The notes under the pieces: generated by a model
What the model was told of the DNA's origin: nothing
Seen by the model: the letters and a program-made list of their open reading frames with translations, nothing else
The model's database searches: none
In this document: in pieces, positions 43,709-54,281 of the stretch
Layout: the number at the start of each line of letters is the position of its first letter
Numbering within the stretch: the stretch's first letter is position 1
Position numbers and translations under genes: made by a program
Origin: a virus
Taxonomy: Duplodnaviria > Caudoviricetes
Virus record (IMG/VR): IMGVR_UViG_3300028888_000052
DNA: 64,000 bases
Strand: one strand, 5' to 3'

Positions 43709-45268
43709 TTAAAAATAATCAACAATTTCTGATAATTTATTTTCTAATTCTTTACTCCAACCTTCTACACTATTAGTTACAAATTTTATATTAGGATTAT
43801 CTAAAGCCTTTTGAAACTCTTCTTTATATATTTTATTATTCCAAATTCCTAAACGAATTTCATCATCCTTTATAGGTTCTCCATGTTTGAAATAATTAAA
43901 GTAAATATCTTCTACAACATAACTTTCTTCAAACATATTAAATTTTTTCCATATTTCATTAATCTTGTTAAATTCAAAATAACATGGATAATGTATAGTA
44001 TAATTATAATGAGGAAGGTTTTCTCTATTTAATAATTGTTTTGTTTTCCATTTATCATGACTCCAATATGAAACTGGTGATTTTTCATTACCTGTAAAAT
44101 TATTAGCTCTATAATATATTCTTTTAATATCATCAATATTAAAAGGTTTTATAGGATAATAATCATCACATATCCATATAAATCCATCATATATTTTATG
44201 ATATTGTTCATATATTACTTTAAATTTGTTTTGAATATCTATATGAGGAAAATATTGATTAGGTGTTTTCTTGAATAACTTGAAATAAATAAATTCCACC
44301 CAAGGAAATTCTTTTTTCAAATTCAAATCAAATTCACCTATAACTATAAAATGATATTTGAATTTACAGAATTTTTTCCAACCAGTTAATGTCAATCTAA
44401 TTTCATTACCTTGTGCCCCATTATATTTATAAGGCATAACAACTAATATTTCTTCATTCATAAGGTTTTCTTTTAAATAATTCATATCAGGATTTATTTT
44501 GAAAAATGCTTCACATGTTCTTAGTTTACCAAAGAAATAACCACGTGACTTCATTTTCCAAACATATTCTTCCCAAGATTTTGTAATATAATGCCTTATA
44601 TATATTTTATCAAATACTGGTTTATTTCTATTTTTAGTAAAATTAGTTCTACAAAAATTACAATATTTGCTTGGTTGGTGAGTATATAAGAAATAATTTT
44701 CTTGATAAGTATTTAAGTTATAACAAGTTTTAGTAAGTGATTGTGGAGTTGCACTCGGTACATAACCTTGTATTTCTTTAGTATATGTTTCTACAATTCC
44801 TTTATCTTTGTAATTTGGTTTATTAACTAATCCATTTGCTCCATAACATTTCCATTGCATTATAAAAGCATCATAATCATTAAATAAAGATATCACATTT
44901 TGTAGATTATTATTTTCTAATGTTATAAACTCATCATTATCTATTACAAAGCACCAATCATACTTTTTTAATGTTTTCAAATAAGATAATCCTTTTCTAA
45001 TATAAATATATTGTGGATTATCATTATGATTGTCACTTTTAATTGTCTTTGATTTTATAACTTTATTTTTATCATCTCCACTTAATATAGATGTAATTGG
45101 AAGTAAAGTAACTTTATCATATTTATTAGTTATTCGTTCATGAGAATCACTACCAATATCTTCAAAAATAAAAATATGATCTATTCCTAAATTTAGATGA
45201 TATCGAATCCATTCATCTAAATATTCATGTTCATTTTTTATAACTGTTAAAATACAAGATGTGTTCAT
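43709..45268 (-). CDS. Two-domain glycosyltransferase-like protein (N-terminal GT92/GT2-like)
   Basis: KNEHEYLDEWIRYHL.LG.DH, ID.DEFI, HYITKSWEE; second domain with PY...E.R.TL..W.K and WICDD. Confidence 0.75.
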   Translation of the reverse strand: MNTSCILTVIKNEHEYLDEWIRYHLNLGIDHIFIFEDIGSDSHERITNKYDKVTLLPITSILSGDDKNKVIKSKTIKSDNHNDNPQYIYIRKGLSYLKTLKKYDWCFVIDNDEFITLENNNLQNVISLFNDYDAFIMQWKCYGANGLVNKPNYKDKGIVETYTKEIQGYVPSATPQSLTKTCYNLNTYQENYFLYTHQPSKYCNFCRTNFTKNRNKPVFDKIYIRHYITKSWEEYVWKMKSRGYFFGKLRTCEAFFKINPDMNYLKENLMNEEILVVMPYKYNGAQGNEIRLTLTGWKKFCKFKYHFIVIGEFDLNLKKEFPWVEFIYFKLFKKTPNQYFPHIDIQNKFKVIYEQYHKIYDGFIWICDDYYPIKPFNIDDIKRIYYRANNFTGNEKSPVSYWSHDKWKTKQLLNRENLPHYNYTIHYPCYFEFNKINEIWKKFNMFEESYVVEDIYFNYFKHGEPIKDDEIRLGIWNNKIYKEEFQKALDNPNIKFVTNSVEGWSKELENKLSEIVDYF

Positions 45269-45573
45269 ACAAATGGGTTATCTTTTAAAGCTTCTAATAT
45301 TTTTTCACAATATATACAATCTTCTCTAAAACTTAGAACTTGTGCAACAGTCAAATCAAACCATTCATTTTTGACATTAGATAAATGGTGTTTATTATGC
45401 ATCATTTTCTCTATTTTTAATGGGTTATCTGTCTCATAATAAGAATGCAACCATATTTCATTAGGATTGCCTGTTTGAAGTTCTTTAATTCTCTTATTTA
45501 TATCTTTTTGTTTGGTCATTCCTATCTTGAATTTCTCACCATCACAAAGTAGATAAACAAAACCTCTATTCAT
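45265..45573 (-). CDS. GIY-YIG domain protein, T5orf172/MUG113 type
   Basis: GFVYL...FKIGMT...RIKELQTGNP...IEK.MH...EWF. Confidence 0.85.
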   Translation of the reverse strand: MNRGFVYLLCDGEKFKIGMTKQKDINKRIKELQTGNPNEIWLHSYYETDNPLKIEKMMHNKHHLSNVKNEWFDLTVAQVLSFREDCIYCEKILEALKDNPFV

Positions 45574-45651
45574 ATCTATTAAATTTCAATATTTATATAT
45601 TTAATAATATCAAATAAATTTTAATTACTCAATAATATTTTATATATACTA

Positions 45652-45690
45652 TTTGAAATTTATAAAATAAATTCTATATTATATTTGTAA
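45652..45690 (+). promoter_or_regulatory. Early-type promoter motif
   Basis: TTTGAA-N16-CTATATTATATTTGTAA. Confidence 0.8.
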
Positions 45691-46491
45691 AACGAAATAT
45701 TTAATAAGATGAAACAACTTATATCGGATAAAATGTTCATTAAAGCTCTTAGAGCTTATGGTGAAATAACACATAATGATTTAGTCAAAATTTTTAATGA
45801 TTATGATAATAATCCTCTTATTATACATGATAAGGTAATTGATTCAATGTATGTCGGTAGAGGAGTTGGTTTATGTTTTTCTTATAAAGAAAATGGTAGA
45901 GAATTTGAGTTTTCTGACCAAAGTATCGAAGATTTTGAAAATGAAGATATAAAAAAGGTATATAACTATATAAAATAATATGAAGAATAGTCTTTATGTA
46001 AAGAACTCCATTGAAAATCTTAAGGAGTATGCAAAATCCAAAGGATTCAAGATTGTTTGGAGGAATGTAACAACCAACTGTGGAGATTTTTGTATTTTCA
46101 TTTACAAGCTCAATACAGGTTATCATTCAAGGTATTTAGTAGGTTTTGATGGTGATTGGGATGCCACAGATAATCGTTCTTTCGACAACTGTTGGGAAGC
46201 TGCACATGAATATATAAGAAATTATAATAAGTAATTATGAGAGCAAATTTTCAATGGAATCCAGTAACTTGGGAGCCTAGAGATTTTAATGCACCTATAT
46301 TGGCTTGGACAAACAACAATAAGTTGATTGTTTTCAAAGATACTAAAGGTTATTTAAATGGTGATACTAAACACCCATTTTCTAATTGGAAATGGTTGGT
46401 TGAAAAGTATAACATCAAGTTTTGGGTTTATCAAACAGCCGTTATCAATGAACATCCTTATGATTATGATGATTAATTTTTTCTAATATTA

Positions 46492-46530
46492 TTTGAATTT
46501 TTTAAGATAGTTTCTATATTATATTTGTAA
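46492..46530 (+). promoter_or_regulatory. Early-type promoter motif
   Basis: TTTGAA-N16-CTATATTATATTTGTAA. Confidence 0.8.
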
Positions 46531-46934
46531 AACAAATAAATGATATGAAATACGTAAATCTTTCAGAACTCGAATTAAATAAGGATTACATTTTCTGTTG
46601 GCTAGATGGTGAGAATATCTTCAACCCACTTAATGCCATAGTTAAAAGTGATGGTTCAAAGAGGATTTTGGTAGACCCAGATGATGAGTTTTATGTATTT
46701 CATTTTCTTGAATTTGTAAAGGACAAAGAAGCAAGGTTACTTGTTTTTGATAATGTCAAAGAAGCTTATGATTGGTGTTGGAATGCTAATTTAAATAATT
46801 AAATAATATGTATCACGAATATTTAGATCATCACAATGAAAATTATACTGGTATCGAAGGATGCTACAATGGTATGGATGCTAATGATTATGCATTTGAG
46901 AAGGCTTTAGAACAACTTGAAAATTGTTAATATT

Positions 46935-47096
46935 ATGGAAAGATCTGAACTTTGGGAAGTAATTGAAAATTTGAAAGATAGTTTAGGTGCAGAACAGCTT
47001 TTAGATGCTTTATGTATGTCACTTGATTCTGACACTCTTGAGGATCACCTTCGCTATATTGATAGAAATTATGAAACTAATTGTTTTGAAGATTAA
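46935..47096 (+). CDS. 53-aa acidic protein, paralog of 50792-50977 (absent from the ORF track)
   Basis: MERSELWEVIENLKDSLGAEQLLDALCMSLDSDTLEDHLRYIDRNYETNCFED aligns without gaps to the - strand 61-aa protein. Confidence 0.8.
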   Translation: MERSELWEVIENLKDSLGAEQLLDALCMSLDSDTLEDHLRYIDRNYETNCFED

Positions 47097-50000
47097 TATA
47101 ATATGAAACTCATAAGTACATTACGATTAAAGACATCACTTGAGAAAACTACAAAAGTTATTTCAGAAGATTGTAGTCTTGGGCAAGCAATCACAATGAT
47201 TGAATCTTGGTGCTACGATAATGGAGCAAATTACCCACAAACTTGTGATTTGTGGAAAACTGATGGAAATATTCGTGTACGAGTTACAACCCGAGACAAT
47301 AAATATATTAATATTTTTGACATAACTGATTAAAATTAAATAATATGAACATTACACGTAAAGCATTAGAGTTTGAAAAGTGGTTTAATAGCCCTGAATT
47401 TCCTGAAAATTTAGAAAAGGCCGATGTTGAGGAATGCGTACTGGCTTGGGCTGATGCGACTGAAACTGATCTTGGTGATAACTTAAATGAGATTTGTGAA
47501 CGAATTGTTGAACTTGGTATTTGCTAAATAAGTAAAAAATGAAAAAGAATAATAGTTTTTATTACTGCTTGATTTTCTTGGTATTGTTTTTGGTTTGTGG
47601 TTTGTTTGAAGCCGCAATTGTAACGTCAGAAACATTGTCATCAAATGGTGAGAAGTTTTTTTGGTCTGCACTTAATGTAGGCATTATGATTGGCATTCCT
47701 GTAGCAATAATTTCAGTTAATAAATTGTCAGATTAAAATGAAAAACTTGGTTAACGATTATTATAAGTACGAAGATTCAGATAAGTATCAAAAGACTTCA
47801 AAGAAGAATAACAAGAATAAGTGGAAGTAAAATGAGAAAGAAAGTTATTAAGAATTGGAAGGTTATTATACCTAACCTTGATAGTGTAACGGCTTTTAAG
47901 ATTTTTAAAAATCGGACCATAGATGGTAAACTATATGATATCATTGGTCTTCGTTTGGGTTGGAGAGCTTTCCAGTCGGATATCAATTCTTTAGATAATG
48001 AGAGTTTTAGTTCTAAGGAGATATTATCAGATAAATGGGAAATTATGCTTCCTGATGACGAGATGGAAGCAATTCTCTACAAAATGAGAGATATGTATAA
48101 AGAGGAGCATTTTAGTGGATTAAGTTTTGATAAGATTGATAATATGTCCATTAGTGATCTTTATCATGCTCTTATAGATCATATGAGTAGTCTCGATGAT
48201 ATGAATAAATATCGTATTGCTAAGTGGATTATTGAAAATAAAATTTATAAGAAAGTATAATGGAAGCAAATATAATTAATTTGATAATGTTTGTTGTTAC
48301 CCTTTTGATTTGGGTTATACTTATAACTCATAAACATTTTAAGTGGTATACACATCTATTAGCAGGTATTTGTGGATTCTTTTTGGGTCAAACCATTGTT
48401 GGAGTATGTGGGCATGATACATTGATTAGTTTGTTAATGAAATAATATTATGGATTATTTTGATAATATTGGAAACAAAATTGAAGTAGGGGATGAAGTA
48501 TTAATCCTAGTTCCTAAAACTGATAAGACATATCGTCGTGGGACTGTTAAAGATTTTAAGAATGCATTCTCACATGGGCCAAATCATTTTCATTGTGAAG
48601 TTCTTGTTGAGTATGATGATGGTCGTCTTTATTGTAATCAATATAGATGGGATAGACAAGATAATACTCCTATAAAATTCACTAAGAAAGTTACAAAGGC
48701 ATGGAGAAGTAATTCAGATATTGTAAAGTATAAACCTGAATATTTTAAATAATTATGAGATTTGGAAATGTAGCTCTTTATTGCAAAGGTTGGTATGCAT
48801 ATCGACATGGTACTTGCAAGAATATGTGGATGGACATGATTCATTGTATCAATGCTGATGGGTGGTCACTTTGGTCAAAGAAAGATGTTGTAGAATGGTG
48901 TATACATCGTCTTGATGCTATGCGAAATGATGAGAAACTTTATAATATTAGTAATCAGCTATCATTGTCATATTTTTGGAATGAAGTGAATGAAATTATT
49001 CGTAGAGATTCTTGGTACTATCATGAGGGTCTTGATTTTGAAGATGCCATCATTCTTCATTTTAGAAATATTATCTCTAATCTCGAAATGAAGTATTTCG
49101 ATGAGATGCTTGTAAAGCCAAATGAGAATGTACTCCCATTGCATTATAGAGAGGCATATTATAATGATGGTAAATATAATTATAATCATGAACCGAGTTT
49201 TACATTTGCTGAGATGCATTGTGACGTAATAGATCGTATCAATGAGTCTTTTGCAGATTGTAAAGATCAAGAAATTGACGAAAATGAATTTGAGAAAACT
49301 GAAGCTTGGATTCGAGGAAAGAATTGGGAAGATGTAACTATCATTATTGGAACAGATAGTCTTCTTGATTGTGAAGAGGTGCAGCTTTCAGGAAATTTTC
49401 TCAATAATACTAATAATAAGCATTATAAAGATGATGATTTTCTTGATTTGAATATTTATGATCATACGGTGAATTTTGATGATAATAAAACATATGTATG
49501 TCGTGTCAAAAAAGAAATTGAACATTGGGAATGGGGAGATGATGTAAAATATAAATTGATGTCTGTATTGAAAGAAATTTAATTATGAAAGATTATTTAA
49601 TGTTTTTTTGCTTTACCTGTATTTTTATATGGTTTTTAGTTTTTCATGTGGATGAACATAAAATGCATGAAGAAGTATTAGATTCAATTAAAAAAGTAGA
49701 ATTGAAAATTGATACTTTACAAAATACTATGATAAAATATGAAGAAAATAATCTATAATGATATTAATGATGATAAGCAAAATCTTGTTTTAATTATTCG
49801 TAATATCATTCCATTTTATTCTAAGAAAAATTTTCATGTGAAAATCTTAAATTGTAATAAATGGATTACTGTATTAAATACAAGACCTTTGCAAACAGAA
49901 TTTTATTCTCATGAAATATTTAGGCTTCAAGAAATATTGAATGATAGTGCAAATATAAATCTATCTTTTGGTAATTTTGAAATAGGAAGATTATCAATGG

Positions 50001-50561
50001 ATCTTCTATTTAAAGTTGGTAATTTATTTTGTAAAGATGAATAATATGAAAGAATATGATCGGATAGGTACAGCCTATCAAGATTTAAAAGATCTTAAAG
50101 AAAAATATGATCAATGTCGTAAATATCAGACACAATTAAAGATGGATTATAATAATTGGCCTGGTCCTCCAGAATCATATTCTAAAAGAATATGGGAAGA
50201 TTCTATATCTGAACAAATTGGAATTAATCGTGAAGAACTAAGAGATAAAGAAAATCAAATTAAAGAGCTTCGCAAGATTATCAAGAAAATGAATAGAGAA
50301 CAAAACTTAAAGAATAATAAAAGAAATTCATAACATCTTAAATTATAATTAACATGAAAAATATTAAAATTTATTTATTGATTGCTTTGTTTAGTATCTT
50401 GTCATTTATTGGTGGTGTTACCATTAATTCTATGAATGCTTACCCAAGTCCTACCGAAATGAATTATGCTGGTAATATTCAATATAAGCGAGTATATGTA
50501 GATGGTAGATACTATGTTGTGTTTTGGAATTCAAATGGTCTTGCAGCTGTTAAGGAAAATT

Positions 50562-50587
50562 AAAGGAGTAACATTAGTTACTCCTTT
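50562..50587. terminator. Bidirectional terminator
   Basis: AAAGGAGTAAC-ATTA-GTTACTCCTTT between convergent genes. Confidence 0.8.
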
Positions 50588-50592
50588 GTTGT

Positions 50593-50790
50593 TTATACAA
50601 TTTTATATCTTTTGAATTTCTTTCTTCTTTTATACATTTTTCCTGTCTTTATATCAATACAACATAATCCCATGTCACCACTGCCACCTTGTGTATTAGG
50701 TTCAGTTGGCATAGTAGGATTACCCATACCCATAGTATTAGTAGGTGTAGAAAATAATTCTTCTTGAAGATATTGTCTAATGTCTTTCAT
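50593..50790 (-). CDS. Small protein, capsid-targeting-like N-terminus and basic C-terminus
   Basis: MKDIRQYLQEE...TPTNTMGMGNP...GSGD...KRRKKFKR. Confidence 0.65.
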   Translation of the reverse strand: MKDIRQYLQEELFSTPTNTMGMGNPTMPTEPNTQGGSGDMGLCCIDIKTGKMYKRRKKFKRYKIV

Positions 50791-50791
50791 A

Positions 50792-50977
50792 TTACCAATG
50801 GATGTCGTAATTCCTGCAAATAAATTTTAATACTTTTTCCAAATCATCATCTGATAAACCTTGGCATATTTCATCAAGTAATTTATCAGCTCCTAATTCT
50901 TCTTTAAGTTCATCAATTTTATCCCAAAGCTTCTTATCTGATGAACCTTCATTAATTAAATCTTCTATTCTTTTCAT
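50792..50977 (-). CDS. Small acidic protein, capsid-targeting-like N-terminus
   Basis: MKRIEDLINE-G; paralog at 46935-47096. Confidence 0.75.
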   Translation of the reverse strand: MKRIEDLINEGSSDKKLWDKIDELKEELGADKLLDEICQGLSDDDLEKVLKFICRNYDIHW

Positions 50978-50989
50978 ATATTATTTAAT

Positions 50990-51700
50990 TTATTTTCCTT
51001 CAAAATACCAACGTGCTTCTGCTTGGCGTCTTTTAATCAAACCTGGGTATTTTCTACCTTGAACATCTGATAAATGAGACCAAGTATTTCTAATTGCAGG
51101 ATTGTTTGGATTAGCAATAATCATTTTACAAATTTGTTTATTTAAGAATCCCATTCCAAAATTATAGCATCCTGAAGCTATTGCATCTTTTTGATTTTGA
51201 TTTAATTTAACTTTATTTGCATTAGCCCACCTATCAATACGATTTGCCGTATATTTAGCATGTTCTAAGAAAAGACCTTCTAATTCTTTTTGTGTCCATG
51301 TTCTTTTTATTGTGTCCATTAACTTACCATTTGGGTGATACAATAATCCATATCCATAAGTTAAATGACCTTTAGCATCATGTAAATCATAACCATTAAG
51401 ATCTTTTGAAGTCATAGTGTAGCCGAATTTTTTACCTGTCTCATATTGGCAAATAAAATTAATCATACCATCACTAAGTCCAGAATTATTAGTAACTTTA
51501 TTAGATGTTGTTTGTTGTGGTAATATAATAGCCCATGATTTAGGACCAACTACACCATCTGGGGTTAATCCTTTAGATTTTTGCCATTCTTTAACTTTTT
51601 TATCTGTATTAGGACCAAAGTTTCCATCTGGTGTCAAACCAAGATACTTTTGAAGTACCTTGACATCTTCTCCTTTAGAGCCTAATTTAATTGTAGTCAT
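50990..51700 (-). CDS. Endolysin: N-terminal peptidoglycan-binding domain plus GH24 phage lysozyme
   Basis: LGSKGEDVK.LQ..L...DG.FGP.T...VK.WQ...GL.PDGVVGP; FI.QYE, TYGYG, LNQNQKDAI.S..YNFG, GLIKRR.AE. Confidence 0.9.
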   Translation of the reverse strand: MTTIKLGSKGEDVKVLQKYLGLTPDGNFGPNTDKKVKEWQKSKGLTPDGVVGPKSWAIILPQQTTSNKVTNNSGLSDGMINFICQYETGKKFGYTMTSKDLNGYDLHDAKGHLTYGYGLLYHPNGKLMDTIKRTWTQKELEGLFLEHAKYTANRIDRWANANKVKLNQNQKDAIASGCYNFGMGFLNKQICKMIIANPNNPAIRNTWSHLSDVQGRKYPGLIKRRQAEARWYFEGK

Positions 51701-51709
51701 AATTGATTT

Positions 51710-52580
51710 TTATTTTTTTAAGTCTAAGTAAACTCTTGATAATATATTTGCCAAATCATCCCAACTTACTGGATCACGCATAGAATGATAACTGGCATTG
51801 AATAAATTAATTACTGAACTGGATGCACCATTATCTTGTAATTTATCAAGGTACATATTTTCATTTACTGAAATTAAATCTTCTATTTTTTTCATATTAT
51901 TTATTAAATATTTATTTATGATAATGCCATATAGAATGTATCTTTACGAACTTCACCACCGACAATATAATATCTATCTAATGGGTATTTGTCTTGCAAT
52001 TTTTTATATGCTTCAAATTCCATATCATCATCAACAAATACTATAGAAGCTAATGTACTTCCCCATTTTGCAGATTCATGATTTTTATCAAATACTACAC
52101 GAACATTATAGGCATTTCTACTTTCTCCAGATATATTTTTAACACCTTTTAATAATCCTTTTGGATCGGCTTTATCTGGACAAGTACCCATGTTTTTCTT
52201 TACTTGGGATTCTTGATATTTACGATATTCTGAAGCTGTTTTTGAATCGGTTGTAATCCATCCACCATCCCAATTCTTTTCAGGCCATGGACCCATATAC
52301 ATTCTAACTTCATTTGATTCTGTTATATAACTATTTAGAGTTTTCATTATTTATTTGGAAATAATTTTGATTGAACTTCTTTAACATTTGTTTTAAATTT
52401 ACTACTGTGGTCATATAAGACTCCAAGTATAGACATCTTTGCTCCATTTGCAAGTTTTGGTAATAAATCATCAAGTTTTTCTCCTTCTATAAGTTTAAGA
52501 ATTAAAACTTGTGGGGTCATTTTATCAAAATCTGGTGCTGCATAGTGGTCTTCATTTATTCTTTGTATTAAATCTTTCAT
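51710..52580 (-). other. Three small proteins with capsid-targeting-like N-termini (51710-51895, 51916-52347, 52347-52580)
   Basis: MKKIEDLISVNE, MKTLNSYITE, MKDLIQRINE. Confidence 0.65.
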
Positions 52581-54226
52581 TATTTCTCCTTTTCTTTATT
52601 TTTCTTTTCTTCAGCTTCTTTAGCTTTCTTTTCTGCTTCTTCTTTGAAACTATAAGCTAAATCATCTTCAAGAATATGTTTCTTTGCAGGATTAATTTGA
52701 TAAGCCATACGAGACATTACATCACGATTTATAAGAACTTTTTGTTTCTTATTACGATTATCAACTAATGCAAATTCTACATCAAGAAGTTTACGTGAAC
52801 CAACTTGTATACATGGTATAATAACTGTAGTACGTTCTTCTGTTTGTTGACCAACAATAGCATGTGATTCACCTTCTTTCTTGAATTGATATTTCTTACC
52901 ATCAATAGTGGCAATAACAAGATTACCTTTATAATCTACTGAATCACATCCAATAGTTGAAGCTTTAGCACCATTACCTGTATCAAATTTAGCTTCAAAT
53001 TCAAATTCATCATCATTATCCATAATGAATTTTACATTTTCAAGATATCCTATAGCCTTAGGAGCAAGTACTAATTCATTAACATCATTGATTTCATCAA
53101 GAAGGATTTCCATAAAGTTATCATCAATAACTTCAGAAATACCATCTGTACCTGGAGAAGCATTATATTCAAGAACAACATTATCTCCAACTTCAGGATT
53201 AGAACCTTTTACAAGTGGCATAATGTCAACAGCACACCAAGGCATACCAGAAATTTTAGCAACTTTTAATGCTATTTCTTCTTGTTCTGGAGTAAGAGTT
53301 ACTTTTTCAGCAGTAGCACCAAGTGAAACATTAGAACGGAAGTCACCACCAATCTTCTTACGTTTCATTTGTGCAAGTATTTTTTGGTGAGTTCTCATTG
53401 TTAATACATGAACACGGATATCACCACCATCAGCTTCTTCTTTCTTTTGTACTAATAATTCACGTTCTTCATCAACTGCAAATACCATTTGAAGCATTGA
53501 AAGAATTGTTTTACCAGTTTGCATTGTAACACCAGTTCCACCATGACCATCAAGTATCTTTACAACATATTCTTTCTTTTTATCTTCATCTTCATTCTTA
53601 CCAACATCTGGATAAATTTCTTTAAGTTTCTTCTTAAGAGATTCTTCACCTTTGTTTATATCATTTTTTGATATAAGAGTAAATTTAGGTTGAGGAATTT
53701 CATAACGTTCCATTAAAACAGATGATTGATATTTATTAGAAGCTTTCTTAGCTGCTTGAATAGGGTTAAGTACAAAGAATCCCCAATCTTGAAGTTCTTT
53801 AATAAGTTCCATACATTCTTCAGAATCTTGTGCACCAAGACGAGTTATAACAATTGTATCAACATTAGATTGTTCATCAATTTTATATTTATTCTCATTA
53901 TCGTGCCATTCGATTACATCATCTGTAGCTTTATAATCAACTTCTTCTGCAACAAATGGGAATATATCAACACCTTTACCTTTAACAGCTTGTTCAAGAT
54001 TCTTTAATGTTTTATTAGTTTTTGAATCTCTATCATTTGTAAAGATAATGATATTTTTGAAGAAATATCCTTTCTTTTTATCTTCTTTTTCAGCTTCAGT
54101 TATTTGTGTTTCTTGTACTGGAGTTTCTTCTTTTTTTGATTCTTTGATACGACCAGCATATCTAAATTTCAAATCATCAACTGACTTGATATTTCTATAA
54201 TCAATAATATCGTTTAAATTTTTCAT
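52580..54226 (-). CDS. rimK: RimK-family ATP-grasp ligase fused to a retropepsin-like (RimB / 'ATP-dependent Zn protease') domain
   Basis: NK......L....IPQP, VVK..DGHGGTGV, DIRVHV, DFRSNVSLGA, AVDIM, LEYNASPG; C-terminal AKFDTGNGA and VLINRD. Confidence 0.85.
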   Translation of the reverse strand: MKNLNDIIDYRNIKSVDDLKFRYAGRIKESKKEETPVQETQITEAEKEDKKKGYFFKNIIIFTNDRDSKTNKTLKNLEQAVKGKGVDIFPFVAEEVDYKATDDVIEWHDNENKYKIDEQSNVDTIVITRLGAQDSEECMELIKELQDWGFFVLNPIQAAKKASNKYQSSVLMERYEIPQPKFTLISKNDINKGEESLKKKLKEIYPDVGKNEDEDKKKEYVVKILDGHGGTGVTMQTGKTILSMLQMVFAVDEERELLVQKKEEADGGDIRVHVLTMRTHQKILAQMKRKKIGGDFRSNVSLGATAEKVTLTPEQEEIALKVAKISGMPWCAVDIMPLVKGSNPEVGDNVVLEYNASPGTDGISEVIDDNFMEILLDEINDVNELVLAPKAIGYLENVKFIMDNDDEFEFEAKFDTGNGAKASTIGCDSVDYKGNLVIATIDGKKYQFKKEGESHAIVGQQTEERTTVIIPCIQVGSRKLLDVEFALVDNRNKKQKVLINRDVMSRMAYQINPAKKHILEDDLAYSFKEEAEKKAKEAEEKKNKEKEK

Positions 54227-54281
54227 AAATTATAAGTATTTTATATCTATATTTAATAATAAATATATTGACTTTAATAGG

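Larger units (their letters stand above)
45709..50563 (+). other. Run of small hypothetical early genes (45709-45978, 45980-46234, 46237-46476, 46545-46802, 47103-47333, 47345-47527, 47539-47736, 47832-48260, 48260-48445, 48450-48752, 48755-49582, 49739-50044, ~50046-50333, 50354-50563)
   Basis: Tightly packed + strand ORFs behind two promoter copies. Confidence 0.7.
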
